From the IMG/VR virus record IMGVR_UViG_3300045988_083782: a stretch of 64,000 nt of DNA; one strand, written 5' to 3'. Numbering within the stretch: the first letter of the stretch is position 1; each line of letters starts with the position of its first letter. The notes below the pieces were generated by a model. That model was not told the DNA's origin, did not search any database, and saw only the letters and a program-made list of their open reading frames with translations. The DNA is from a virus. Position numbers and translations under genes: made by a program. Of the stretch, positions 48,186 through 57,060 are shown in pieces.

Positions 48186-48692
48186 TTATGCAGCAAGGCA
48201 CATTGGTGCCTCGGAGAGATCAACCTCCATCTTACTATTGAACTCTTTAACTTTCTTATCGAGTTCGTTGATCACTAACTGACATTCAGCCTGACGGGCT
48301 TTGATGTAGTTGTGCGTTAACACTTCTGTTACCGGCAGTTTACGTTTCCCTTTCTTAGCCTTCTGAGTTGGATTGATAGTATTTACAAATCCAAGACGAA
48401 CGCTATATTCTTTCATGGCAGATAGACGATAGATATTAACTACATTAGCATCCGGAGATAACTCCTTCAGTTTCATCCCCATATTTACACATTGGATACG
48501 TAGTTTAACTATTACCTGCTCTTCATAAAGCTCTTTGATTTTCTCAAGTAGGTTTTTCATATCGTAATTACGACTGAACCCTTTCTTGATTACATTCTCA
48601 GTATTTATGATACGCCAATATTTGTTTATATCAGCAGTTAATTGGTCACGTTTTGCTATTAAATAGTCTACTTTTACTATATTGTTATTCAT
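48186..48692 (-). CDS. Hypothetical protein
   Basis: 168-aa ORF with a TAA stop. Confidence 0.65.
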   Translation of the reverse strand: MNNNIVKVDYLIAKRDQLTADINKYWRIINTENVIKKGFSRNYDMKNLLEKIKELYEEQVIVKLRIQCVNMGMKLKELSPDANVVNIYRLSAMKEYSVRLGFVNTINPTQKAKKGKRKLPVTEVLTHNYIKARQAECQLVINELDKKVKEFNSKMEVDLSEAPMCLAA

Positions 48693-49021
48693 TTGATTTC
48701 TTTTATATTTAGTTGATACTTATGTTGATTAAATATACTAGAAACCGTCACCTGTTGTGCTCGCATCTAAATCGATCTAGCAGCACACTTCTTCTTCTCG
48801 TGGCTTTCCTTATTATACGTCAGTTACGGCGTACGTATTGCGAGCGTGTAGAAAGTAAATTTAAGAAGCCTCGACCCATCGTCTTGAGGCTCTTAAAATT
48901 TACAGAATTTGTGCTTTATCTTTGTTACTCTGTATTTCATATACTTCATACATCATCCATATACTTCTTACTTTGTTACTTAGATATTGCAGAAATTTTG
49001 TTCAATTTTAAGTGTATAATA

Positions 49022-49047
49022 AAGCGTTACATCTGCTTAACGCTTAA
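49022..49047 (-). terminator. Hairpin AAGCGTTA/TAACGCTT downstream of gene 49082-49618
   Basis: 8-bp stem, followed on the (-) strand by TATTATAC. It contains the TAA that would end the TAG read-through extension. Confidence 0.5.
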
Positions 49048-49081
49048 AACTTGAACGAATTGTTGTTTTAGATTGTAGATA

Positions 49082-49618
49082 CTACTTTTCCTCGATATAA
49101 AGATCTACTGGAATACATCCTCCACCTAGATCAATTCCGATTGTAGTCTTACCTACTCTCCGGTAATTTGTCCCTTGGTCTTTACAGCTATTGTTGTCAG
49201 GTTGCCGTAATTCACCTCCACGTTTGAGTTTATATTCGCCTTCCGTTACACCTAGAATAGCGTTTAAAAACAATCTGTCCACGACGTAATCATAGTTCTT
49301 ACTGTCAATAGCATGATCTACAATCTCGTCCTTAATTGCATCCCGGAATCTACTCGAAGCCGGTGTATACCGAGCAAGTGCATCTCTAATAAGAAACGCT
49401 AGATCCGAAAATGACATAGTTCTTTTATGACCATAGCGGAAAAGCCATGCCCACCAAGTATCTGGAACAGATCTGAAAGTTGTCGACCCATCATCTTTGA
49501 TAACTACAGATGCTGCTTTTTCTCCATTTACAAGAACTAATTCACCAATGCGCGGATCCTCTAAGAGTAATCGAAGTAGTTTTTTACGGGATTCAGAAAT
49601 TAACTGTACTCCTTTCAT
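49082..49618 (-). CDS. Hypothetical protein; the only (-) gene ending at TAG
   Basis: 178-aa ORF with its stop at 49082-49084 (cta on the + strand). Read-through would add Q + 14 aa, ending at TAA 49037-49039. Confidence 0.65.
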   Translation of the reverse strand: MKGVQLISESRKKLLRLLLEDPRIGELVLVNGEKAASVVIKDDGSTTFRSVPDTWWAWLFRYGHKRTMSFSDLAFLIRDALARYTPASSRFRDAIKDEIVDHAIDSKNYDYVVDRLFLNAILGVTEGEYKLKRGGELRQPDNNSCKDQGTNYRRVGKTTIGIDLGGGCIPVDLYIEEK

Positions 49619-49625
49619 AGCCTAC

Positions 49626-50162
49626 TTACTCCTTCAATCCGAGTGACCGGTAATATTCGTCGTTGTTCGTTACAAGAATTTTGTTGATGTCGTCATAAGC
49701 CGAAGACCAGCCAACAATCTCTTCCAAGAGATCATCTGCTTTCTTCTTCTCGATCTTGTTCAGCTTAGTAACAACATCAGTCAGGCGATTGAGATCCCGG
49801 AAGAACGTAGTTTCCTTGGTATCTTCCATTTTCTTAATAGCAGCCGTAACGGTTTCCATAGATACTTCTTTAAACTCACACGGAGCAAGCGGGAACTGCA
49901 AGGTAGTATCACCATTCAGAGTAATAACCATACCGTTTTCATCCGGAAGTGGATCGAGTTTAGCAGAAGTAATGTCAATCATTTTGATTGAATATTTCCG
50001 TAAGGGCTTAGTAAGCCGTAAGAGACCTTCACGTACTTTGTCATTGTGACTCAGGTCCATATTGTCAGCTTCGATGCAACACAAAGTTTGACCAATAAGA
50101 TTCCAAGTAGCCAGAATAGCCCGGTACTTGTTCATGTCGAAATTAGAATTGTTAGTTGCCAT
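49626..50162 (-). CDS. Hypothetical protein
   Basis: The start is taken at MATNNSNF (50162). The track's upstream extension looks non-coding. Confidence 0.6.
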   Translation of the reverse strand: MATNNSNFDMNKYRAILATWNLIGQTLCCIEADNMDLSHNDKVREGLLRLTKPLRKYSIKMIDITSAKLDPLPDENGMVITLNGDTTLQFPLAPCEFKEVSMETVTAAIKKMEDTKETTFFRDLNRLTDVVTKLNKIEKKKADDLLEEIVGWSSAYDDINKILVTNNDEYYRSLGLKE

Positions 50163-50240
50163 AATTTTTTGTTCCTTTCTTGATTTATACCCTTTTTGAT
50201 GGGGTGGATTAATAACTAGTTTTACTTTTAAAATTCGCAT

Positions 50241-52250
50241 GTTACTCTTTTCTCTTCAATTCAGTTAGTCTGCTCAGTCTCTTAGAGCCGCTTTAAAAAA
50301 GCTATGAAAGTAGACAGATGGAATTGGTCAATTCAATGACTTAGAGTAACACTACGCATCCAAAATCTGTAAATGTTTGATAATTTTGGTAATTTCTATT
50401 GCCGTAAAAATATCGAAAACAAAAATAAGATATGTAATGTCACTGTATAATAGCTGTGACACATGCCCGGATCAGACCTTCTTTTTACTGTAGCTGATCA
50501 ATCAATACGAAACAGTTTTTTGTGCCTAGTTCATATCACTATTAGATGCAATATAAACAACTTATCATCAATTCAACGAATCTCCAAGTATATTAGCATT
50601 ACAACAATCTAAGCGATTGAGGGACTTTTTATCTAAAAGTTGCAAAACTCACAAGCTGTCCGATTTTTCAGGACACCCACTTGACCTTATCAGGGATTCT
50701 TTATTTATAGTACTCGAATACTTAGGATTTCCACCTAATCAGCCTTAATGGAGGCCTCAGCGTTCTCTTACATATAATGTTGCGCATTATACTTTACGAG
50801 TTTCTTATGTCAGCGTAACGGTTGGTACTCAAAGAGTAAGGAATTACTCAAATTAGTTCTTTACAAATTCATCTATACTCGTAAGTATAAACTTCATGCA
50901 GGTGATTTACTAACAATACTCTTTAATGCTTTAAGTTAAACATGTTCATTCTCTCCTTATTTGGTATAGCTGTTCGTTTCAGCGTAGGCACTCTCCAACG
51001 AGTTCTTACAATCCTTATGTTACCTCACATACAGGAACGCTCGTCAGGGCAATACACAGAATTGCTTCTGCTTCGTGTCGGCCCCTTATGATCTCTTGCT
51101 TCGCTTCATACTGGATGTATGCGCTGCTCACTTGAGAAAACTTAGTTAAAGATACTTTGCTTACTTTGTCTGAAATTCATACGTAGTTCCAGTCCTACGG
51201 TCTCGCATTTCCTCTTACAAATATAATCCTTATACTAATCAGATTATACACAATTCAGACTTATTGCGGCCTCAAATCGCAAGTTAAGATTATATCCCTG
51301 TTGCAAAGCACTCTAGGGTTTTATAGTGACATCACTTAACATAGTCACTCTTTGCAGTTAAATACTTCAAATCACTTTGCCCTAATGGACAATACAGTGT
51401 TGCAACTGTAAGTATGAGCTGTAGACACGCAATTTACTTCTCAGACGCTAACTCTAGGTTCACATCATTACGTATAGGTTTGGCACCTAATCCGGGTAAC
51501 CTGTCATACACACTATCTAACAACGATAGTCTTGCATATGGGCCATAGCCACTCAGCCATGTCAATTTCTAGTGCTAATTTAACTTCAAAAATTCTACCT
51601 TCAGATGTATTACTTTAAATCTACCTTGTAGACTCACTTCCAATTAAATGATTTCAATCCAACGAGGTGCTATTACTCCTCTTATTAAACTATATAGACA
51701 GTATAGTCTAATATTTCATTAGTCAACGTGATAATACAGAAACACTGTAGTAGTATATGCTTTATGCTCTTACACCTAAGTAAGTGGGCAAAGGAGGGTT
51801 TGGAGCCAATCCTTAGAACGTTAGTCAGTTCATGATTACAAACATCTTTTTTTGTGACCACTCGTGTTATCGTTCCTTCTTGATTTCATCTTTGAGTTGA
51901 TCCACGAACGATTACGGAAGTTAACGATACTCCCTGCTTTGTTTAGTCTCTGCAATCTGCTCACTGCATATCACTGCGTCTTCAGTCACCAATCCGGTTC
52001 TCACTATGGGTTATGCACGCTCTCCCATTTTCCTATTATATTCTTCATGTAGATAAGTAATCAATCTACTATAATAGGTTATCATACTATAGTTATAACT
52101 TGTAGTGGTAGCTACTTATTAAACATTTCAGTATCATGTATTACTTATAATCTATCTGCAACTGATCAGGTCTAAACAGAATGTCGTAGCATTTACGATG
52201 CCCTTCGAATGTAATTCTATAGCTCTTATATACCGCTTAATTACTCTCTA
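50241..52250. other. About 2-kb ORF-free block; candidate structured non-coding RNA locus or regulatory region
   Basis: No ORF of 60 aa or more on either strand except a weak one at 51864-52052 (+). Stops of all three kinds occur in every frame I sampled. Composition is visibly less A/T-run-rich than the flanks. Local hairpins lie at 50439-50460, 51047-51084 and 52183-52199. Confidence 0.5.
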
Positions 52251-52637
52251 TTAGCGGTCGCCGTTTCTCTTCGGGCTAAGATTTAATCCAAGTTGTGGAT
52301 TAGGAAGCGGCATAAGCCGATTAAGCAATTTTGTTGTCTTAATAGTATTTTCTACATAAACCTCCTTTTCTACTTCTTTTGTTATATACTCTAGACGTGT
52401 CTCAACATCTTTTGTTATGGTCACAGTAGCATCTGCGGATGTTTCTCCTACAGTTACTTTGTCAGTTCTGAGATCAATATTCAGAGCTAGGTTCTTTCCA
52501 TTGTTAGGTACGTCTACCACACGAGGAATAACCATTTCTCCGGCTTGAACTGCCTGACTTGGGGTAAATGGATCATATCCAATAAACCCTCCGAAAATTA
52601 CTGCAAATGCAGCAATTGCCAAATTTCTGAGCTTCAT
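52251..52637 (-). CDS. Secreted/exported small protein
   Basis: 128-aa ORF with an N-terminal signal-like MKLRNLAIAAFAVIFGGFIG. Confidence 0.65.
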   Translation of the reverse strand: MKLRNLAIAAFAVIFGGFIGYDPFTPSQAVQAGEMVIPRVVDVPNNGKNLALNIDLRTDKVTVGETSADATVTITKDVETRLEYITKEVEKEVYVENTIKTTKLLNRLMPLPNPQLGLNLSPKRNGDR

Positions 52638-52648
52638 TGATTGATGCT

Positions 52649-54142
52649 TTATTCGGCATACGCGGATTTGTCAACGTAATTAGTAAGACGATTAACCGGC
52701 GCGTTGTACAGTTTACTGATTTCTGCAATCTTGTCTTTCAGGATAGATTCAGAATCACCGTACGCAGCGGATAATTTCTTATAAACGTTGTCGCCATTGA
52801 CGGTTTCAAAGGGCTTTTTGTCCTCGTCTACAATCTGGATTTTCTTTTCCTTCTTGAGAACACCGTCAAGAACGTTCTGCTGCAATCCCAACTTAATATT
52901 ATGAGTTACGATTACTAAGTTATTAGCAACACCTGTTTCAGTTGCTGCAATGTCTAAACGTCCTTTAGCTTTTTCATTCCACGATGCACATTGTTTTTCA
53001 ACATGACGACTGATAAATACTTTTACCAGCTGTGAAATATTTTTATCATCTGCTGTAGGATTCCAAGCCTTCAACAGAGCATGAGGTGCAAGAACAGTAT
53101 GCTCAGAATTGAGACTACCATACATTGCACTGGTTACGGCATCAAGTGCGCCGTTCCAGGAGCTACCAACTTTAAGCATAATGAATGCAAGAATCTGTGC
53201 CGGAAGAGAATCTTCCATGCTATAAGCTACACGACACCATTCAATTGCTTGGTTGATCTTTCCAAATACACTTTTGTTCGTAGTTGACTGAACAAGAATT
53301 GCACGAAGGACCTTCTCCTTCTCTGATTCTTCCATATCCTTATTCGGTTCAGGAATTGCTGCTACCTCTGTACGGGCTCTAGCATCGGCTTTTGCAGCTT
53401 CCTTAACCTCTTTAGGAATGTTAGAACCAGTGAAGTCAATTACCATCTGCTGATCATTCTTTTTGTCAGGCAACGCTTTCAGTTCGATACCCCACATAGC
53501 TTTAGCTTCCTCTTGCAAGGCGTTAAATACATCGCGGTTAACACGAACACCGAACGTTTGCATGTCTGCTTCTACCTGAGCTCCGTACAAAAGGATTTCA
53601 GACATCAACAGACCACGATAGTACGTTTTAGCAGCTTTACGAGCGGGTTCGCTGAGAGTATCGTCTTTGACGAATTCATCTGCAAACATCTTCATCAACG
53701 TAATACCGCTATCATGACTAATGCGGTCATTGCCTCCGGCTTCTAACAGACCCTTACCAATGTCTACCGGTTTGTTTTTAGGATCCTCTACTTTGACTTC
53801 CGGAGCGGGGACTTCAACCTTTGTTTCCTCAGGTTTCACTTCCTCGGCTACAACAGTTTCAACTTTCTCAGCCTTCGGTTTGATATCAACCTTAGGCTTA
53901 TCTTTTGCTGCGGCTTTTTCCTGTTTTTTATCTTTTGCTTTCTCAGCCTTCGGTTTCTCTATTTTCGGAGTTTCCGGAGCTGGAGTTGGTGCCGGCGTAG
54001 GAGCAGGCTCTTCTACAGGTTTTTCCACTTTAGTTTCTACTTTTGTAGTTTCTACTTTATTAGTAGGTTCAGCTGTTGCTACTTTAGTTGCATTTGCTTT
54101 CTTAGCAGCTAATGTTGCTGCTTTCTTTCTGTTCTTAGACAT
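52649..54142 (-). CDS. Protein with a Lys/Pro/Glu-rich histone-H1-like N-terminal region (about 130 aa) and a 360-aa globular domain
   Basis: 497-aa ORF with AAKKANATK, PAPTPAPTPAPE and KPKAEKAKDKK runs. Preceded by the recurring leader motif. Visibly higher GC than its neighbours. Confidence 0.75.
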   Translation of the reverse strand: MSKNRKKAATLAAKKANATKVATAEPTNKVETTKVETKVEKPVEEPAPTPAPTPAPETPKIEKPKAEKAKDKKQEKAAAKDKPKVDIKPKAEKVETVVAEEVKPEETKVEVPAPEVKVEDPKNKPVDIGKGLLEAGGNDRISHDSGITLMKMFADEFVKDDTLSEPARKAAKTYYRGLLMSEILLYGAQVEADMQTFGVRVNRDVFNALQEEAKAMWGIELKALPDKKNDQQMVIDFTGSNIPKEVKEAAKADARARTEVAAIPEPNKDMEESEKEKVLRAILVQSTTNKSVFGKINQAIEWCRVAYSMEDSLPAQILAFIMLKVGSSWNGALDAVTSAMYGSLNSEHTVLAPHALLKAWNPTADDKNISQLVKVFISRHVEKQCASWNEKAKGRLDIAATETGVANNLVIVTHNIKLGLQQNVLDGVLKKEKKIQIVDEDKKPFETVNGDNVYKKLSAAYGDSESILKDKIAEISKLYNAPVNRLTNYVDKSAYAE

Positions 54143-54169
54143 TTTGATAATGTTTTTTAAATTGTTAAT
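54143..54169 (-). promoter_or_regulatory. Recurring leader motif ATTAACAATTTAAAAAACATTATCAAA-ATG
   Basis: Read on the (-) strand immediately upstream of the ATG at 54142. Confidence 0.5.
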
Positions 54170-54213
54170 TACTCTAGTTATTTAAATGATGTTGCCCGTA
54201 TTTATAAATACAT

Positions 54214-54609
54214 TCAACTATCATCTATATAACCACATTTTTCTCTCACTGTAGGTAATCCTTCTGTTTCAGCGATAGAGTTGTCACTTTCTAATAATAT
54301 AGGCTCCTGACTCACAGAGTCTTGTTCAGCTAATTCTGCATTCCATACAACGGATGTAGAATTACTCTGTGTGGGATGATTAGAAATCTCTACTGCTACT
54401 ACAGCTTTCTCAGGAGTTTCCATTAATTTCTTAATGTGTTTTACTCCTGCACCTACAACTAAGCCTAATACTAGTAACATAATAGCTCTAGTAAAGACTT
54501 TTGGGTCCTTCATGCACATCGCGATTACATAAAGAACGACTATTGCAAAGAGCAATAATCCAACTACATTTGCCATAATTTGTAAGTATTGGTTATTTAT
54601 AATCTTCAA
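54214..54609 (-). CDS. Single-pass membrane protein downstream of the sigma factor (anti-sigma-like by position)
   Basis: 131-aa ORF overlapping the sigma gene's end by 17 nt. Has two hydrophobic segments, VVGLLLFAIVVLYVIAM and IMLLVLGLVVGAGV. Confidence 0.6.
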   Translation of the reverse strand: MKIINNQYLQIMANVVGLLLFAIVVLYVIAMCMKDPKVFTRAIMLLVLGLVVGAGVKHIKKLMETPEKAVVAVEISNHPTQSNSTSVVWNAELAEQDSVSQEPILLESDNSIAETEGLPTVREKCGYIDDS

Positions 54610-55144
54610 AAAGTTGTCTTAGTTTTGCTCTTGCCTTATTGAGACACGTTTTCACGGTTGCCTCAGGAATAGCAAGCTCTTCGGATATTTGATGGTAAGA
54701 CTTCCCATCTAGGCGAGCATAGATAAGATCCCTATACTTCTTACGAAGCAATGGAATACATTTCATAATAACTTCTACATTCTGACTTAAAATCATCTGT
54801 TCTTCAGGGCTCTTTGTATTAGAATCAAGTTGACCAGTATATTCATCATCATCAATATAGTTGTTAAGTTGCTCTTTTTTAGTTCTTCTTATATAGTCAA
54901 TTGAAGTATTAACAGCAATTGTTTTTAACCACATTTCAAATGAAATATGACTTACATAAGTTTGAAGCTTCTCGTAAACCTTTGTAAATACTACTGATGT
55001 TAAATCATCTGCTACATCACTGTTTTTAACAATGTTATAAATAGTAAACCAAATAGTTTTATTATACTTTTGATATAACTTTGAGAATGCTTTCTCAGAA
55101 CCGTCTCTAGCTTGCTCTACTAAAAGTTTTTCTTCCTCTTTCAT
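54593..55144 (-). CDS. ECF-type sigma-70 family RNA polymerase sigma factor
   Basis: Region 2-like DLTSVVFTKVYEKL...FEMWLKTIAVNTSIDYIRR. Region 4-like YRDLIYARLDGKSYHQISEELAIPEATVKTCLNKARAKLR. Confidence 0.85.
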   Translation of the reverse strand: MKEEEKLLVEQARDGSEKAFSKLYQKYNKTIWFTIYNIVKNSDVADDLTSVVFTKVYEKLQTYVSHISFEMWLKTIAVNTSIDYIRRTKKEQLNNYIDDDEYTGQLDSNTKSPEEQMILSQNVEVIMKCIPLLRKKYRDLIYARLDGKSYHQISEELAIPEATVKTCLNKARAKLRQLFEDYK

Positions 55145-55162
55145 AGTGCTAGATTATAGTGA

Positions 55163-55188
55163 TATGCGGTCAACCCAATGACCGCATA
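55163..55188 (-). terminator. 10-bp hairpin TATGCGGTCA/TGACCGCATA between 55194-55712 and the sigma gene
   Basis: Perfect stem with a 6-nt loop. On the (-) strand it is followed by TCACTATAATCTAGCACT-ATG, which contains TATAAT. Confidence 0.55.
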
Positions 55189-55193
55189 CCGTA

Positions 55194-55712
55194 TTAGAAT
55201 GGTACTTTCTCGATGTTATCGATTCTCCACTCTGTAATTGCTCTCTTGCGGGCCCAATATAAATCTTGGATCCATTTACCGTATAGGAGCAATGTAGATT
55301 TGTCAATTGACTCTACAGACATAATCATACTATATCCAATTCGTAATCGAACTACTTCTGTCTTACTTTGCGTAGCAATAGTAGATAACATATAGTTGAA
55401 TAAGTTTCTTTCGAGCCAATCAATAATGTACTTAATAGTACGATTATTGCGACAAGTTAAATTAAGACCTGCAAGCAATGCACCGTCACCATTATTAACA
55501 TGCATAAGTCCATACCATGTTTCTCCCTCTTTCCATCTGCCAGTAAATACTGGAAATGGTGTTACTGTATTTTGGTCAATAACAATAGGTACACTAGCTG
55601 GATAATACTGACATTCTGCATTCAAGCGCTTGTTAATTTCTTTCTTTAACTCGTCAAAAGTAATTTGAGTATCTTTATACATACACAAATTTGGAGGTAC
55701 TTCTGTATTCAT
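55194..55712 (-). CDS. Hypothetical protein
   Basis: 172-aa ORF sharing an ATG/TAA junction with the upstream gene at 55712. Confidence 0.65.
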   Translation of the reverse strand: MNTEVPPNLCMYKDTQITFDELKKEINKRLNAECQYYPASVPIVIDQNTVTPFPVFTGRWKEGETWYGLMHVNNGDGALLAGLNLTCRNNRTIKYIIDWLERNLFNYMLSTIATQSKTEVVRLRIGYSMIMSVESIDKSTLLLYGKWIQDLYWARKRAITEWRIDNIEKVPF

Positions 55713-56167
55713 TATTGTGCCATTTTAGTACGACGTATAATTTCCTTCAAAATAGTACCTACCTGCGACTTAGAATACCTTGTATTCTTAAGTAGATAGA
55801 TTGTGAATTTTGGTTCCCAATTGTCTTTATACAAAGACAAATATTCTTTGTATGTGCTAACCCATTCGTTGAATTGTTTGTCACTATACTCGACATTCTT
55901 GTTAACCTCTTTCTCAAATCCAGACTTTTCGATTGATTCGCTGATACTGGGTAATTCGTAGATATAATCATTAGGATTACAAATAATATCCTGAATTTCA
56001 GGATCATTTGGACCTAATACTACAACTTCACCACTTGGAGATGCCATTTTATTCAATAGCACTCCGCTCACAATGTTTAACATCGGAGCAGTTCCGACTA
56101 CACGGATTAATACGTTTGTTGTTGCTCCTTGAGCAATATACAAACCTGCTTTTGTTAATTCGACCAT
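55712..56167 (-). CDS. Hypothetical protein
   Basis: 151-aa ORF. Confidence 0.65.
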   Translation of the reverse strand: MVELTKAGLYIAQGATTNVLIRVVGTAPMLNIVSGVLLNKMASPSGEVVVLGPNDPEIQDIICNPNDYIYELPSISESIEKSGFEKEVNKNVEYSDKQFNEWVSTYKEYLSLYKDNWEPKFTIYLLKNTRYSKSQVGTILKEIIRRTKMAQ

Positions 56168-56170
56168 ATT

Positions 56171-56368
56171 TTACTCTTTATAGAATTGATTTGCTACAAA
56201 TAACGCATCATTCATTGACAAATTGAATTTGTCTTTAACTTTAGTTGCAAACGATGTTTTACTAGAACTTGATTGCATTAGTTCAAGCATCTTTTCCTTT
56301 GCACCTGGAGTATTGAATCTCACCCAACGAGTGACTTCAATTGCTGGCTTTTGTGTATTTACTTCCAT
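56171..56368 (-). CDS. Small hypothetical protein
   Basis: 65-aa ORF, tightly packed. Confidence 0.5.
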   Translation of the reverse strand: MEVNTQKPAIEVTRWVRFNTPGAKEKMLELMQSSSSKTSFATKVKDKFNLSMNDALFVANQFYKE

Positions 56369-56649
56369 TTCTGTTGATTTTCTAAAATAGTATTATATAC
56401 TTCATTCCATTTACTATAATCAGGGTCATTTGGACTGAATAAAGTTAGAAATCCAGTATTCTCAAATAAGTGCACTATTCGAGCTACAGAATGTCTGTGC
56501 ATATTCTTGGCAGCACTTTTCTTGCGCCATTCATATGGTACAAACCTAGTATACACATAATTAACAAACTTTGTCAACACTCTGTGTTGACGTAGAGCAA
56601 TATACCATTCTGATGGCATACGATCTTTAATTGCGTCTTTTACACCCAT
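56359..56649 (-). CDS. Small hypothetical protein (loosely similar to the 61187-61761 paralog pair)
   Basis: 96-aa ORF, Trp/Tyr-rich, ending ...KWNEVYNTILENQQKWK. Confidence 0.55.
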   Translation of the reverse strand: MGVKDAIKDRMPSEWYIALRQHRVLTKFVNYVYTRFVPYEWRKKSAAKNMHRHSVARIVHLFENTGFLTLFSPNDPDYSKWNEVYNTILENQQKWK

Positions 56650-56704
56650 ACGCTTTTCATTTTTATTGATTAAAAATTTAATAATACTTTATAGATCAAA
56701 TAGG

Positions 56705-56929
56705 TCATAAATTTACTGCTCTTCTGCTGACATTAGAAATTATTTCATAAGCTATAAAGGGAGAAATCATCCCTATTCCGTGCAATCTATGAATTTCTTT
56801 TTTAATATCGCAAAGTAATGATAAATCGTCTATAGTGTTACAATAACTATTACTAATACAGCTCATTGCTTTACTAGTAAGATCTCCTTGTCTATATTTC
56901 TTACCATGTTTTTTCTTACCTCTTGCCAT
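56705..56929 (-). CDS. Small basic hypothetical protein
   Basis: 74-aa ORF starting MARGKKKHGKKYRQ. Confidence 0.5.
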   Translation of the reverse strand: MARGKKKHGKKYRQGDLTSKAMSCISNSYCNTIDDLSLLCDIKKEIHRLHGIGMISPFIAYEIISNVSRRAVNL

Positions 56930-57060
56930 ATTACATATGATTTAGTAAATCAGTAATGATATACCATTCAATGAATATAACAATACCTAAAAACAGTAAG
57001 ATAAGATATTGATACCATTTCATAGTTTCTGTATTATTATGATTTAACAAGTTAAAGGAA

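Noticed and set aside
48713-49054. 113-aa (+) ORF in the gap between two (-) genes
   Set aside because: It lies in an intergenic spacer that carries terminator-like hairpins for the (-) genes. Its sequence is low-complexity and Leu/Ile/Cys-rich, it starts with an alternative codon, and it has no leader motif. Most likely a chance ORF.
50281-50352. CTCTAAG-type sequences (reverse complement of cttagag/ttagagt) as a possible CUA anticodon loop of a suppressor tRNA
   Set aside because: The flanking 5-nt segments do not pair into an anticodon stem, and no T-arm or acceptor helix is nearby.
51864-52052. 62-aa (+) ORF inside the 2-kb ORF-free block
   Set aside because: It is barely above the length cut-off, starts at GTG/TTG, has no upstream initiation signal, and lies opposite to the local gene orientation.
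50241-52250. Possibility that the ORF-free block is coding under a different reassignment (TGA or TAA sense)
   Set aside because: Sample translations of the (-) strand, for example 51840-52080, showed TAG, TGA and TAA interleaved in the same frame, including adjacent tag-tga. No single reassignment opens a frame. This rests on partial hand translation only.
53721-54185. 154-aa (+) ORF antisense to 52649-54142
   Set aside because: It is the mirror image of the Lys/Pro/Glu-rich repeat region, translating to Ser/Gly/Phe/Thr low complexity. This is a typical antisense artefact. The same reasoning applies to other antisense track ORFs (for example 3770-4163 -, 4320-4688 -, 19278-19746 -, 36301-36636 +, 40615-41181 +).
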